A stretch of 62,660 nt of DNA, the filler included, from Thelocarpon superellum (lineage: Eukaryota): NCBI GenBank assembly GCA_026025795.1. It is 5 parts of 5 records of this genome, joined end to end, with 100 filler letters (N's around TTAATTAATTAA, not from the genome) between each part and the next. Parts side by side here need not be neighbours in the genome. Positions count along the whole stretch, not along the records: positions 12,587 to 25,060 come from JAPEUG010000483.1; 4 more parts are not named here. One strand, written 5' to 3'. The notes beneath the pieces were generated by a model. The model was not told where the DNA came from. It worked only from the letters and a program-made list of their open reading frames with translations, and made no database searches. Each line of letters opens with the position of its first letter. The first letter of the stretch is position 1. Below, piece after piece: positions 12,587 through 23,253 of the stretch. The position numbers were made by a program, and so were the translations under genes.

Positions 12587-14355
12587 ACCCAATGCGTTAG
12601 CACGGACGCAGTCGAGCGCTGCCCATGGCCATCGGTCGCACTCACGGGTATATGACTGCAAATTCTGCACGTGGATGCTCTCGTGGATCAAGCCCAATCG
12701 ACTCGCGTTCCGCACCAGGTGGAGATTCTCCATGATCTCCTCGTCCGACGTTGACGTCATCGTTTGGAGCAGCACACTCATCGGCCAGGCATTCTGTAAG
12801 CCGATGCTATGACTGTGTTAGCCAGATGCCTTCCAGCGTCTGGGGACCGAGAGCGAGGCCGACGTACTGTGGCCCGCCAATCCCGCGGAAGTCCCGTCCC
12901 TCCAGGTAGTAGGGATTGCCGTCGCGGCTCAAGATCATCTTTCGCGTGTTCTGATACGTGGGATTCGAGGCGTCGACGAACCCCAGCAATGGGAGGGAGA
13001 GCAGCGACGGCACGTTGGCGTCGTCCATGAGGATGTGTGATCCGTAGCCGTCCACCTCGTACGCGAACACCTCGCCCCACTTCGTGGTCGAGACGACACC
13101 GTGCTCCCACACGGCCTTTTGCAGCTCCTCGCCTCGCGTGCGCAACGCCTTGCTCAGACTCGACTTCCCCCCGGCCTTGGCCAGCACGTCGGCCGTGCGC
13201 TTCAGCTCTACAGCCAGCATCGCGTTGGCCGGAATGAAGAAGCCGAGGATGGTGGAGTCGTCACTCGGCCGAAAGGCGCTCCGGATAAGCCCCGTGCCCT
13301 CCTTCAGCGGGTTGCCGTTCCCGCCCAGCACCAACGTCTCCGTCCCGGTCGAGGTGCCACGCTCAAAGGTGTATTCGTTCCGCTGGAAGAGGCCCGTCTT
13401 GGGGTCAAACGTCGGCCGCGACTGGTTCTCCAGCACCTGCAGCAGCGTCGTCAACGCCGCGTGCCATCGTGCGTTCAAGAAGGCCGTCGAGCCCGTGTGC
13501 TCGTGGAACTGGTTGCCCAGCGCCAGGAAGTGCGCGAGCGAATCCAGCTCGTATTTGCACTCAAACACAAACGACGGCTCGTACATGGGATGCACGTTGT
13601 CCGGCTGTCCGTTGGTGGTGTAGGGGAGGCCGCTACGCGGCGGCGGCTGAAAGGCGTTGCAGTACGGCGACTCGATCACGTACTCGGCCTGAGTGTTGAT
13701 GGCGCCGAGGATGAGCTTCTCAATCTTCTTGTCCTGCCTGGCCAAGCGATGGTATCCCGCCAATTGGTTGGTCGAGTCCCGCAGCCACTCGGCGTCGATA
13801 TCCCCCGTCACGATGAAGCTCTGGGGGCCGGCCCACTTGTCGCCGTCGTCCTGGCCATGATGGCTCTTGCGCTTCTTGCCCGCGCCCGTGCCATCGTCGT
13901 GCCATCGCACCGTCGTGTCCAAGGTGTTGGGGAAGGCATTCTCAAACAGCCGAGCCAGATCTTTATCCACCATGCGCGATGTCACGTCTTCAATCACCTT
14001 CTCCACCACGGGCGACGAGAAGGTTCGGCAGTGGGGGGAGGGTCGTTGAAAGGGGAGCTTCAGCGGTCCGTCACTGAAGGGGTAGCTATGTCACCAGGCG
14101 TCAGCCATCAGGGTCCAGACCTATCCCACCGGGGCCGTCAAATCCTTACTGTAAGCTGGCAGAGTAATGGACGTAGTTGGGACAAGCGGTATGATATCGG
14201 CTGAAGCCGCCCAAGGGCTCTTGCACCTCGGCGCCGATGGGGGACCCGCCCGCGTTGATGGGCCGGGCCGTGAAGAAGGTGCTCCAGGCGACGAGGGCCC
14301 AGGTGGCTCGGCGCCTCGACCGATCCGAGACCGTCATGGACCGGTGTCCCGACAT
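12587..14355 (-). CDS. Glycoside hydrolase family 125 (exo-alpha-1,6-mannosidase, DUF1237/Mug157-like), 3' truncated at spacer
   Basis: LPFQRPSPHCRTF, LFENAFPNTLDTT, TGDIDAEWLRDS, FECKYELDSL, SAFRPSDD, AYEVDGYG..MDDANVPSLL, GIGGPH..WPMS. Hydrophobic N-terminal segment. Start is 14355 or 14337. Confidence 0.9.
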
Positions 14356-15308
14356 ATCTGCCGCTCTCATGACGTGAAGCGCGCAGGGTGACGGGCACAC
14401 GTCGTGGTCGAGCTCGTGCCGAGGGCGACGACGGTCTACTCGCGATCGCGGGAAGGGATGTGAGACCAGGGCATGGAGATGCCGAGAGAGTATTATCCCG
14501 CCACTGCGCAGCGAGGCTCCATGTCTGCACAGTTGAAGATTGCAGGCAGATTGATGGGCGAACGGGTGGATTGGCCTGGCTTGATACGGACGATCAAACC
14601 AGGGGACAGCGACGGGGACAGGGTCAGGGACAGGCTCGCAGGGATCTGATTCCGTGAGCGAGTATTGGGTGCAGGATGCCGGTACTCGTGCGGGTGGGAG
14701 AATCGCACTCAGGCGACTTCTTGTACGAAGTACCAGCGCTAGCCTGGCCAAATGTACTCAGCGGTGCCTGTACGAGTGGTTGGGACGGGTACCTGTCAAC
14801 TAGACCACGGAGGAAGGACGGAACGTAGCGAGGCACGAGGTGAACCACTGGGGCGGGCCTCGGGACGAGATATGTGACTGCTCACGCGACACAAGCCACT
14901 CACGCCCGACAGGCCAGAGAATATGATGTGAGCCGCAGGAGCCACCCGCCCCACCTCAGACCAACTCCTACCCTTACATGCTGTTTTGCCGATGACGGTG
15001 CATTCCAGACGCGAATGGCTTTTCCCACACAGCCTTGATGGGAATGTACTCGAACAGCGCACCTGGCCACCACTCGTACCAGACGTGTCGATCGTGCCCT
15101 GCATGGTCAAATGTAAAAGAGCCTGTACAACCACTCGTGCGAGAGGGATGGAGTTGAGATGATCTCGGGTAGTATACACATCGCTCAACAAGACCAAGCC
15201 CGCTACGCCCCAATGATAACCCATCCGTCTGCGCCTGATGCCCCCCGCGCCCGGAACACCCCCTCCGACGGGGAGCACCTCGTCGCCTGGACGCGTCGCT
15301 CCCGTCGC

Positions 15309-18300
15309 TCACACGCCCTTCACCAGATCGCGAATTTTGTTCGTCACCGCCGGCGGGTAGCCGCGCGACATTAGCTCCTTGATCACCACCTGCGCCCGCC
15401 CGCGCTCGCCCGCGCCGAGGTAGGCGCGAACCATGGACTCGTACAGGCTCGGCTCGCGCTTGCGCCGATGCACCATCTGGTAGATGGCCGTAGCCTGCTC
15501 CGTCGCCTGCTGCTGGGCCCAGCCGTGGATCAGCGCATTGGCCATGTAGGACGTCATGTCGACCTGCCGCGCCCGCATGCTCGTCACCAGCTCCGCGCTG
15601 TCCACCACGCGATGGTTGGCCACCAGGCTCTCAAACATGGCTTGGTAGAGCAGTTCCGGCGCGCGCACGCTCGTGTCCGCCAGCGCCTCCTCGAACAGCC
15701 GCCGCGCGCCTTCGATGTCGTGCAGGTAGCAGCCGCGCGTGTGGATGAGCGAGGCGTAGTGCGTCGCCTCGGGCGCCGTCCCCTGCGCCCGCATCGTGTC
15801 GAGGACGCCTTCGGCCGCGGCGAGATCGATCGGCTCAAGCGTGCCGTAGGCCTCCATCAGCAGCTTGTAGGTGTGCGCCGTGGGCGTGATGTGCTTCGAC
15901 CGCATCCGCGCCAGGTAGGTCAGCACGCGGCTGCGCTCATGCTTGTTCTCCACCAGATGCTGGATCAGGCTGTTGTACGGCGCCGGTCGCGGCTTGAAAT
16001 TGCGCATCTGCTCCATCTCGTCCAGCAGCTGCTCGGCGTACGCCAGGTTGTGTACCCGGCAGAGCGCGCTGATCACCGTACCGTACGTCACGCTCGTCGC
16101 GTTCATCCCCAGCTCGCGCATCGTGCCAAAGTAGCTGATGACGTCGTCGATCCGACGCGCCTTGCCCAGCTTGCCGATGAGCGCGTTGAACAGGAACGGC
16201 GACGGCGCCACCCCTTCGCGCTGCGACCGCCGGTAGATGTTGACCGCCTCCGTCGCCTCGTCCGCCAGCTCGATTGTGTCCAGCGTGGTGATGTACAGAC
16301 CGTACGTGTTCGGCGTCGGCGCCGACCCGAGCTCGAGGAGCTCCTGGTGATATCGTGCCGCCGCGTCGCGCCGACCCACCAGCAAGCAGGCCCCAATCAT
16401 CGCATCCAGAATTGCCGTCCACCCGTATCGCACCGTCGGTAGATCTGCAAGCAACGGCACGTCCTGGCGCGCCAAGCGCAGAATCTCTTCCACCGCGTCG
16501 AAGCGCTTCGCTTCGCCTGCGGCCGTGATCATGCGCGCGTAGGTGATGTAGCGCGGGTGCCAGCCACGCTGGTGCATCTGCCGCAGTTTGACCAGCGCGT
16601 CATCGAGTCGCCGCGCCGTGCGGGTGCGTGCATCCCACACCAGGTCGTCCCCAATGCGCCGCGATCCCTGCATGTCGGTCCGCGACGCGTACGGGTCCAG
16701 CTCCTCGACTGAGCGAGACTCTGGCACGAGGCCAGTGTCGAATCCGACCGCACGCACTGGCGCCGGCTGGAGATGATGTCGCCACTGCAGCAACAGATCA
16801 GGACGCGCGTAGGGCAACGAGGCATGGGCCACCTTGAGCAAACTCCGCTCGATCACGCCATGCGTCGTCTCATCCATCGATAAGCCCTGAGCAATGATAC
16901 GCTGAAGCCCATCTGCGAAGCGGGACACATCCGCCACGTTCGGCATGAGCACGCTGTGGGCGATAGTCTCTGCTTGAGCCTCGACTACCAACCGCAAATC
17001 CTCCGACGACAACGTGCGGATGGCGTCTGGACCGAGACCCGCCAAGACCTGACGAGAGATAGCTGGCATCGCCACTCCATTCTCCATAGCCATTGCCAGC
17101 AAATCCGAGCTGGCCCGGGGAGAGAGGGTGAGCAGACCGTTGGAAGCGAGACGGTGCGCGACAAAGGCCAAGGCGTCGTGGATCGATCCTGCCGCGTCGA
17201 GAGGCAGCGCTGACGCGTCGGCCACAAGGGAGGACCGGATCCGCCGGAATTGACGCCGCATCTGGGCGAGACCGTCGTCCACCCAGCCGTGGTCGATGAG
17301 TGCTGCGGCGTACTGGGCGCTGGGCTCGATAAGGGAAGATGTCGCCGGGGTGCGGTCCGAGGCGAGGAGGTCCCAGTAGGGCGCCGCCGCCTCGACCTGT
17401 CCACTTCGTACGAAGAGGGCGAGCATCGACGCCGCCGACGACACCCGGCCCGGGCTCTTCATCGACTGACTCTCGAAAGCGGTCGTGGCCACTTCCATTT
17501 GGCCCGCATCCGCCGCGACGGCGCACAATTGCGCCAACGCATGATCTCGACCTGCTGGTGACAAGGTGGCCTGGTCGATGAGGCGCAATGCCTCGTCACA
17601 CGCACCTCGCTCGAGGCTTTCACGGACGAAGGCCATGGGTATCACAATGTCCTCCAGGGTGGTCAAGCCCACGATACCCTCCGCGGCTGCCTGCGCGTAG
17701 GACGCCTGCAGGCGGTGGAAGAAGCGCCAAGCGCGCTGAGAACGTTGGCATCGGAGGTAGGCATAAACCACCGACGCATAGACCACTTCATTCAGTGGCT
17801 CACCAATATCGATCTCACCGCGCGCCGCTGCGTCCGCCAGCGTCGTGTACCACTCGAAGCAGTGCACCACGCTGTCGAGCTGCCCCGCCGCACCTAAGGC
17901 GTCAATGGTGGGGGGGAAGACGGCCGCATTCGGGACCATGTGCTTAGACTGCATGTCACCGAAGATGCGGGTCAGCTCAACGACACGGCCTTCATCGGCG
18001 CAGGCTAACAGAAGCGACGAGTATGCCTGGTCCGTGAGCGTGGCACCTTTCAGGGCGGTGATGCAAGTCTCAAAGAGCTGGAGCGCCACGGTAAGCGCAT
18101 CTTGCTGGGCGACGGCGGAACCATCATCCGGTGTGGACGGAGCGAGGAAGTCCTGGGCATGGTTCAGCCCACCGACCCGAATTCGTCGAGCCTGATCTGC
18201 CCGTCTGGCGATGATCACGTTGCGGGCGTGCACGCTGAGCAGCTCGATGAGGTTTGAAAAGGTGGTCGTATCTGGCACCACATTGCGATGCATCATGTCC

Positions 18301-19280
18301 GCGTAGACATCCAACGCCTTGCTCACGGCTTGATGCCTGCCGGTCGGGACATGGATGGCTGCCGTGAGTAGGGCATTGTAGGAGGTGACTTCTGGGGTGA
18401 CCTTGGCGCGCAGCATGGCCTCAAAGACGGCCGGGATTTCACGGAAACGATGATTCTCGTGAAGCTGGCGGAGCTGCTCGTGGAACAACTGTGGTGAAGC
18501 CTGCACGTCGGACGACGACAATAGACTGCTGACATCACTCGTCGCCGAGACTGGGACCGCTGATGAGTCCGTCGATGGCAATGCCGAGGACTCTGATGGA
18601 GCCACCGATGGTGACCCCTCTGAGGCGATGGCCTCATTCGACGACGACGCTGGTCGCACCTCGGACAAACTCTCCGTTCGGACATGGGGACGAGCGGGTG
18701 CGTCGGTAAGCAGGGTGGCCTCCCGATTCTCGGCTTTGCGAATATCATCCGCCGCACCCACACTGTGCGAGCGTCTGGTGCGGACACCCGACGGTGCCAC
18801 ACTTGGAAATGGTTCGACATGGCGGTGCGATAGTTCCGGGTCGGGCTCCGGGGTCTCTCCCTCTTCTCGCTCTCTCCCTGTCTCTCGGATCGCTTTCCCA
18901 TCCTTTTCTTTGGCTGGGGCCGTATAGCCAATACGCTTGGCGAACTGGAATTGAGTCCATTCTCGATTTCCGCCGGCTTCGTGTTCTTGTTGCCAGGCGG
19001 CGTAGTAAGCGGCTAGGCCACCGTCCGTGTGGGAGACACTGGTCGACGGGGCCTTGCGCACCACGCTCGACGACTTGGCCGAAGTGGTGAAGGCATTGTG
19101 GAAGGGGGGCGCGCCAGACTTTCCGAGTCGATTGGACGAGTGATTTCCGAGGACGGAGAAGGAGGTGGTCTGCGAGGCGTACGACGATTGCGATGCCGCG
19201 ACGACGGACTGCGCGTATCCGTGGGTGAAGCCCTTGGCGAGGACGGGGCGGACGAGGTACGTGAAGGGCTTGAAGACCAT
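15309..19280 (-). CDS. Large pentatricopeptide-repeat protein (1323 aa), probably mitochondrial RNA binding
   Basis: Several PPR motifs (PEVTSYNALL, PDTTTFSNLI, PSPFLFNALIGKLGKARR, ATSVTYGTVISALCR, PTAHTYKLLMEAY). Basic, Ser-rich presequence-like N-terminus MVFKPFTYL..THGYAQSVVAASQSS. Single exon. Confidence 0.92.
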   Translation of the reverse strand: MVFKPFTYLVRPVLAKGFTHGYAQSVVAASQSSYASQTTSFSVLGNHSSNRLGKSGAPPFHNAFTTSAKSSSVVRKAPSTSVSHTDGGLAAYYAAWQQEHEAGGNREWTQFQFAKRIGYTAPAKEKDGKAIRETGREREEGETPEPDPELSHRHVEPFPSVAPSGVRTRRSHSVGAADDIRKAENREATLLTDAPARPHVRTESLSEVRPASSSNEAIASEGSPSVAPSESSALPSTDSSAVPVSATSDVSSLLSSSDVQASPQLFHEQLRQLHENHRFREIPAVFEAMLRAKVTPEVTSYNALLTAAIHVPTGRHQAVSKALDVYADMMHRNVVPDTTTFSNLIELLSVHARNVIIARRADQARRIRVGGLNHAQDFLAPSTPDDGSAVAQQDALTVALQLFETCITALKGATLTDQAYSSLLLACADEGRVVELTRIFGDMQSKHMVPNAAVFPPTIDALGAAGQLDSVVHCFEWYTTLADAAARGEIDIGEPLNEVVYASVVYAYLRCQRSQRAWRFFHRLQASYAQAAAEGIVGLTTLEDIVIPMAFVRESLERGACDEALRLIDQATLSPAGRDHALAQLCAVAADAGQMEVATTAFESQSMKSPGRVSSAASMLALFVRSGQVEAAAPYWDLLASDRTPATSSLIEPSAQYAAALIDHGWVDDGLAQMRRQFRRIRSSLVADASALPLDAAGSIHDALAFVAHRLASNGLLTLSPRASSDLLAMAMENGVAMPAISRQVLAGLGPDAIRTLSSEDLRLVVEAQAETIAHSVLMPNVADVSRFADGLQRIIAQGLSMDETTHGVIERSLLKVAHASLPYARPDLLLQWRHHLQPAPVRAVGFDTGLVPESRSVEELDPYASRTDMQGSRRIGDDLVWDARTRTARRLDDALVKLRQMHQRGWHPRYITYARMITAAGEAKRFDAVEEILRLARQDVPLLADLPTVRYGWTAILDAMIGACLLVGRRDAAARYHQELLELGSAPTPNTYGLYITTLDTIELADEATEAVNIYRRSQREGVAPSPFLFNALIGKLGKARRIDDVISYFGTMRELGMNATSVTYGTVISALCRVHNLAYAEQLLDEMEQMRNFKPRPAPYNSLIQHLVENKHERSRVLTYLARMRSKHITPTAHTYKLLMEAYGTLEPIDLAAAEGVLDTMRAQGTAPEATHYASLIHTRGCYLHDIEGARRLFEEALADTSVRAPELLYQAMFESLVANHRVVDSAELVTSMRARQVDMTSYMANALIHGWAQQQATEQATAIYQMVHRRKREPSLYESMVRAYLGAGERGRAQVVIKELMSRGYPPAVTNKIRDLVKGV

Positions 19281-19707
19281 TTACAGATGCACGGCCCTCT
19301 GAAGCTCCACAGGGCGAGACTATCCATCGCACGAGAGGTCAGTCATGCCGAAAGTGATGAGGTCCACCATGGGCGCGATATGCGCAGCAATACCTACTGG
19401 TCTTGGGACGGAAGCAGGCGAATGCAGGTTCATAAACAGCCGGGAAGCTGTCGATGAACGCGCCGTCACGATCGATGACGATGACGATGACGATGATGAG
19501 GAGGAAGCTGTCCACCCTCAGTGGAGTAAGGGGAACTGGTGGCGGCGAACGGGCAGAATCTCTTGGGAGTATGCCTTGAGACCCAGGAAGCAGGCCGCAA
19601 ACGCTTTGTGGGAGGTCGAGTATCAGATGTTGGAAATGGCAAAACGGATCAGCGTCTCATTGAGAGGAGACCATGGTCACCTCAATGGGTGACATGGCCA
19701 TAATCAT
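19281..19707 (-). promoter_or_regulatory. Putative 5' leader of the PPR gene with a 78-nt intron (19320-19397) and two uORFs
   Basis: Donor GTAGGT, branch ACTGAC, acceptor GATAG. uORF1 is 19657-19707. uORF2 starts at 19433. The transcription start is unknown. Confidence 0.5.
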
Positions 19708-20266
19708 CTTGTTGGAGATCTGGTTGAATTGAATGGGAAAGACAAGGCTCTCCTCGGTGGGTATACGAGATGGAAGGTGGAAGATGCTATCATTTCCCAC
19801 CCGACGTCGTAGGCCTACGCCCCGTTACGCGTGGATGGGCCAGCTCTGACTAACGACGCTCCCAAGCCTCCGACTCTTTCTCTTCCGCCGTCCGCTACGG
19901 CCAGAGGAGGCCTAGCCGCAGCAGCCAAGGTGTAGTGATCGGAAGTCTGGGGCCCGGCAATTGGCTCGCTAGAGTCCACACGACCGCCGGCAGCAGGCGT
20001 GACGGGAGTAAGCCAGAGGCACCGGAGGCTTGCAGTTTCCGATCCGAGGCACGTGATCTACGCAACACGAACCCGGAGGCGCCTGGCGAACCAAAGCTCT
20101 GGGTAAGTGGCCGGGAGATGGGGAAGCTACAACGAATCTGGGCTGCCTGGCTGTCACTGTTATTAACATACGCTCGTGTGTACCCATCGCCATCTCACGG
20201 CCATCCATCCGACTATCATCATCATCACCCCACCGCAAACACACGACGAGACGGCACGAGAGAAAA

Positions 20267-20854
20267 ATGGTAGGTCTCCTCTCTTGCGGCGCTCCCCTCG
20301 CCGCCATCTGACCATTTCCTTCTCCCTTCACAGTCGCTCCGTGTCGTCCCCAGCAAGGCCCACGGCACGAGCCGGAGCAACACCAGCGCCGGGCTCAGCT
20401 CGGGGGCTCCCTCGGCGCCCGGGCTTCCCGACACGCTGCGTGAGGCCGCCGGCGCCACATCCCCCGACCACGCCCACCTGACCCGATCCTCGCATCCGCT
20501 GGAGCCGCGGTTGCAGAAATGGGCGGCGACTCAAGAGGCACTGAAGATGGAGTCGCTCCGTCGCACCTTTGGCATGGCGGAGCCGATCCGTCGCGGCATG
20601 GAGCTCCGTATCTGCGAGACGGGTGAGTGGCGGCCCAGCGCGCTGGGCGGGACCAGTGGGGTGCATGGAGATATTTTACGTGGACGAGAGGCGGACATGG
20701 CCTGGGAGGACGTGTGGAGAGGTCAGTTGATGGCGTGCCGTGGTGCCCTCTTGGTCGGAGGAACGTTGCTGACGTCGGCAATCTAGGTGATGAGACGCGC
20801 GTGGCGCCCGATTTCCACTCGGAGATGGAGGCGCGCTTGAAGATGAGTTGGTAG
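20267..20854 (+). CDS. UMP1: Proteasome maturation factor Ump1
   Basis: ATG-only coding exon 1, introns 20270-20333 and 20722-20786. Protein has HPLEPRLQKWAATQEALKMESLRRTFGMAEPIRRGMELRI..VHGDILRG..WEDVW..FHSEMEARL. Confidence 0.92.
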
Positions 20855-21274
20855 CTAGAACGTCCCCAATAGATCTCTCGCCGTCGCAGCGTTCCGAAGC
20901 CCCGTGAGCACCCACACCGTGGAAACCCCGCGCCTCGGTCCGCATGGAAGCTGGCGCTATTAGCCGCCATCGTACGATCAATTCGCGTTGAATGAGGGGA
21001 TGGGAAGTGTGGTCTACGGGGGGAATGGTGGTCACTGCCATGGTGGCCAGGGATCAGGACGCCGTAGGATATATTACAGGCTCCCCGTCGGACGAGGACG
21101 TTGCAGGGACGGTGCAGGCACGGATGCGTACGCAGAGACAGACGGAAAGCCAGCAGGTCAAATGACTAGCCGGCGCGGACTCGCTGATCGCTATTGAAAA
21201 GGAAAGAAATGGATGTGTGCGTGGACGCAGCGAGGACCGGCCCAGCGTGTTCAACCCGTGGCAGAACACCCAGG

Positions 21275-21308
21275 CCGCCCTAGCATCTCGTCCGCCCTAG
21301 CATCTCGT
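21275..21308. repeat. Perfect 17-bp tandem duplication (CCGCCCTAGCATCTCGT)x2 in the 3' region of the UBL3-like gene
   Basis: Read directly from the sequence. Confidence 0.9.
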
Positions 21309-21351
21309 TTACCCTCGTCGCCACATCATCGCACCACCATAAGCTCCTCCC

Positions 21352-22245
21352 TCAGAGAATGACACACCGACATCCAGGGGTCCGCTCGTTGCCGTCCCGA
21401 TCACGACCGAGCTCTTGCTTGGCCGTCTTGGCGTCTTCCTCATCCACCACCTCCTGCGGACGAACGGTCATATGAATCACATTGGGTGTATCTGCGTTCA
21501 ACCGGCATTCTGTCGTGAATTGCATCAGCATCTGGGCCGCCATGGAGGACGATTGTAGGAAGACCCTCTACCTTTTAGGGGGGCCTTGTCATCCAGCAAC
21601 CGGCCAAAGTGGATCAGGCGGATGGAGCTGGGGCTCGAGGGCCGGGGTTCCCATTCTGTCATGGAACAGCTCGATTAGCGGGTCGTGGGTTGTGCATCTC
21701 TCCACTCATTCCCCGGGACGGGGGGACGTACCATCACGCCACTCGCGCCAGATGAGTTCCTTCAAGGTGTAGACGGAGAGGTTGAACGGATCGTTCTCCA
21801 CGGCATTGACGTTGCGTTTCCGTAGATACTTCCGATCGATCTTGTAGGGATGTCTCGCACCGCTCGTCAACAGCAGCGTAATCATCATGGTTGCACCCGG
21901 ATGGTCCGGCTCCACCACAGCCACTTCACCCGTCGAGGGTCCAATCGCCGTCGTCTCGTCCTCTACTATGAGCGGGGGCGGTGCGCTCGACGGCGCCACC
22001 GGTTCCGAGGCGGTCGATGGGGCCACGGCGGTGGTGGAGGGGAGGTCGACCGATCCCAGTCCCGCCTCCGGTATTCGGACGGCGCCAAGGCTAGCGGCAC
22101 TCGGTCCCGGCGTCTGTTCTAGGCGACTCATCTCCAATGATGACGACGATGTCGCGACCTCTGGTACGCGGGTGGTGCTGGTCGAGATGAGATCCTCCGC
22201 GGGTTTCTCGGGCAGCGCCGGCCCGGCGAGAGGGGTTGAAGTCAT
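21352..22245 (-). CDS. Membrane-anchored ubiquitin-fold protein (UBL3/MUB family) with C-terminal CAAX, 3 exons
   Basis: ITLLLTSGARHPYKID..SVYTLKELIWREWRD|EWEPRPSSPSSIRLIHFGRLLDDKAPLK|ECRLNADTPNVIHMTVRP, ending GCRCVIL*. Confidence 0.85.
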
Positions 22246-23253
22246 GGACGAGCCAGGTGGAGCCAGCGGGCGCGGGGCGGATCAGGTCCAGGATTGTGCC
22301 AGGTCGCGGAGGCGTCGGACGGAGGACCGAGCGATGATGATGTCGATCCCCGGGATCATTCACCGCGACGATGCGAGATGAAGGACGGGGTTGGGAGCGA
22401 GTCGATGACCCGCGGACATGGGGGGTCACGAGGCGCCGTCTGACGAAAGATGGACGAGGGCCGCTGTGCTTGCCGTAGATGCGGAGGCGAGATGGCGGCA
22501 CGCCAGCTCGAAGGACGTCGCCGAGCCCGAGCGTCGCCAAGGGAGAGGATGAGGCGTCAGGACGGCGGTGGTGTTGGTGCGAGGCCGGCGACGTGGTAAT
22601 GACGAGAGTGAGCCAGGACTAACTACGGGCAAGTACCATTCAAGTACGAGGATGATCGCCCCGGTATTATGTTACTCACACGCCCACTCCCACTGCCGCC
22701 ACTCCCACTGCTACTAACATACTGGCAGGAGAAGTAGTCAGTCGCTAGGCGGTACCCTCATGGGACATGGCGAGTCTGGGCTTCCAGGTTCCAGCGGCCC
22801 GCCCGGCTCACGAATTCGCTTACTACTCGTCCAGCAACGTGCGGTCACCAGCTCTTCCACGCCCCACCTCCCCACGCGATTGGCCCTCAGCCTGTATGGC
22901 TGCTGCTGCGGTTCACATATCGGAAGGCCAGCAAACGCGGCGACATGCAACATGGCGAGATGGCATTCAGGGGCATCACGTCATTGTCACCTGTCAGTGT
23001 TACGAGCATCCTCGATTGTGCAAGACACTCTTACACCAGCACTTGTGAGCAAATTTCCGTAACTGGAACGATGCCGTTGTGGCGAAGAAGTGGCCATGCC
23101 GCTTGCCGTGATGGGTCTTAGTCAAGTCGGTCGTGGCACGTTTCTCCATCCTAGACATCATCTCACATCTTCGCAACGTGAGCACCCTTCCCGAGACAAG
23201 CGCTCATCGCGTTATGCTGTGACACACTTTACAAGAGGGATGATGAGTCCGCC

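Noticed and set aside
13101..14204. Long antisense or alternate-frame ORFs over GH125, PPR, AAA ATPase, SRRM1, F-box and the Zn2Cys6 gene (for example 15468-16442, 27158-28123, 30993-32156, 61106-62335)
   Set aside because: These are expected shadows of high-GC3 coding sequence and show no domain features.
14796..15308. Frame stays open about 170 codons past the PPR stop (similarly about 78 codons past the Zn2Cys6 stop)
   Set aside because: The stop contexts are not readthrough motifs and long open frames are common at this GC content.
19281..19707. TPP riboswitch in the PPR leader intron
   Set aside because: The conserved CUGAGA and CUGAU..UAAU..GCG.GGA aptamer elements are not seen.
21275..21308. 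Short direct repeats as a possible CRISPR array or transposon target-site duplication
   Set aside because: They are adjacent duplications with no spacers and no element between them, and the genome is eukaryotic.
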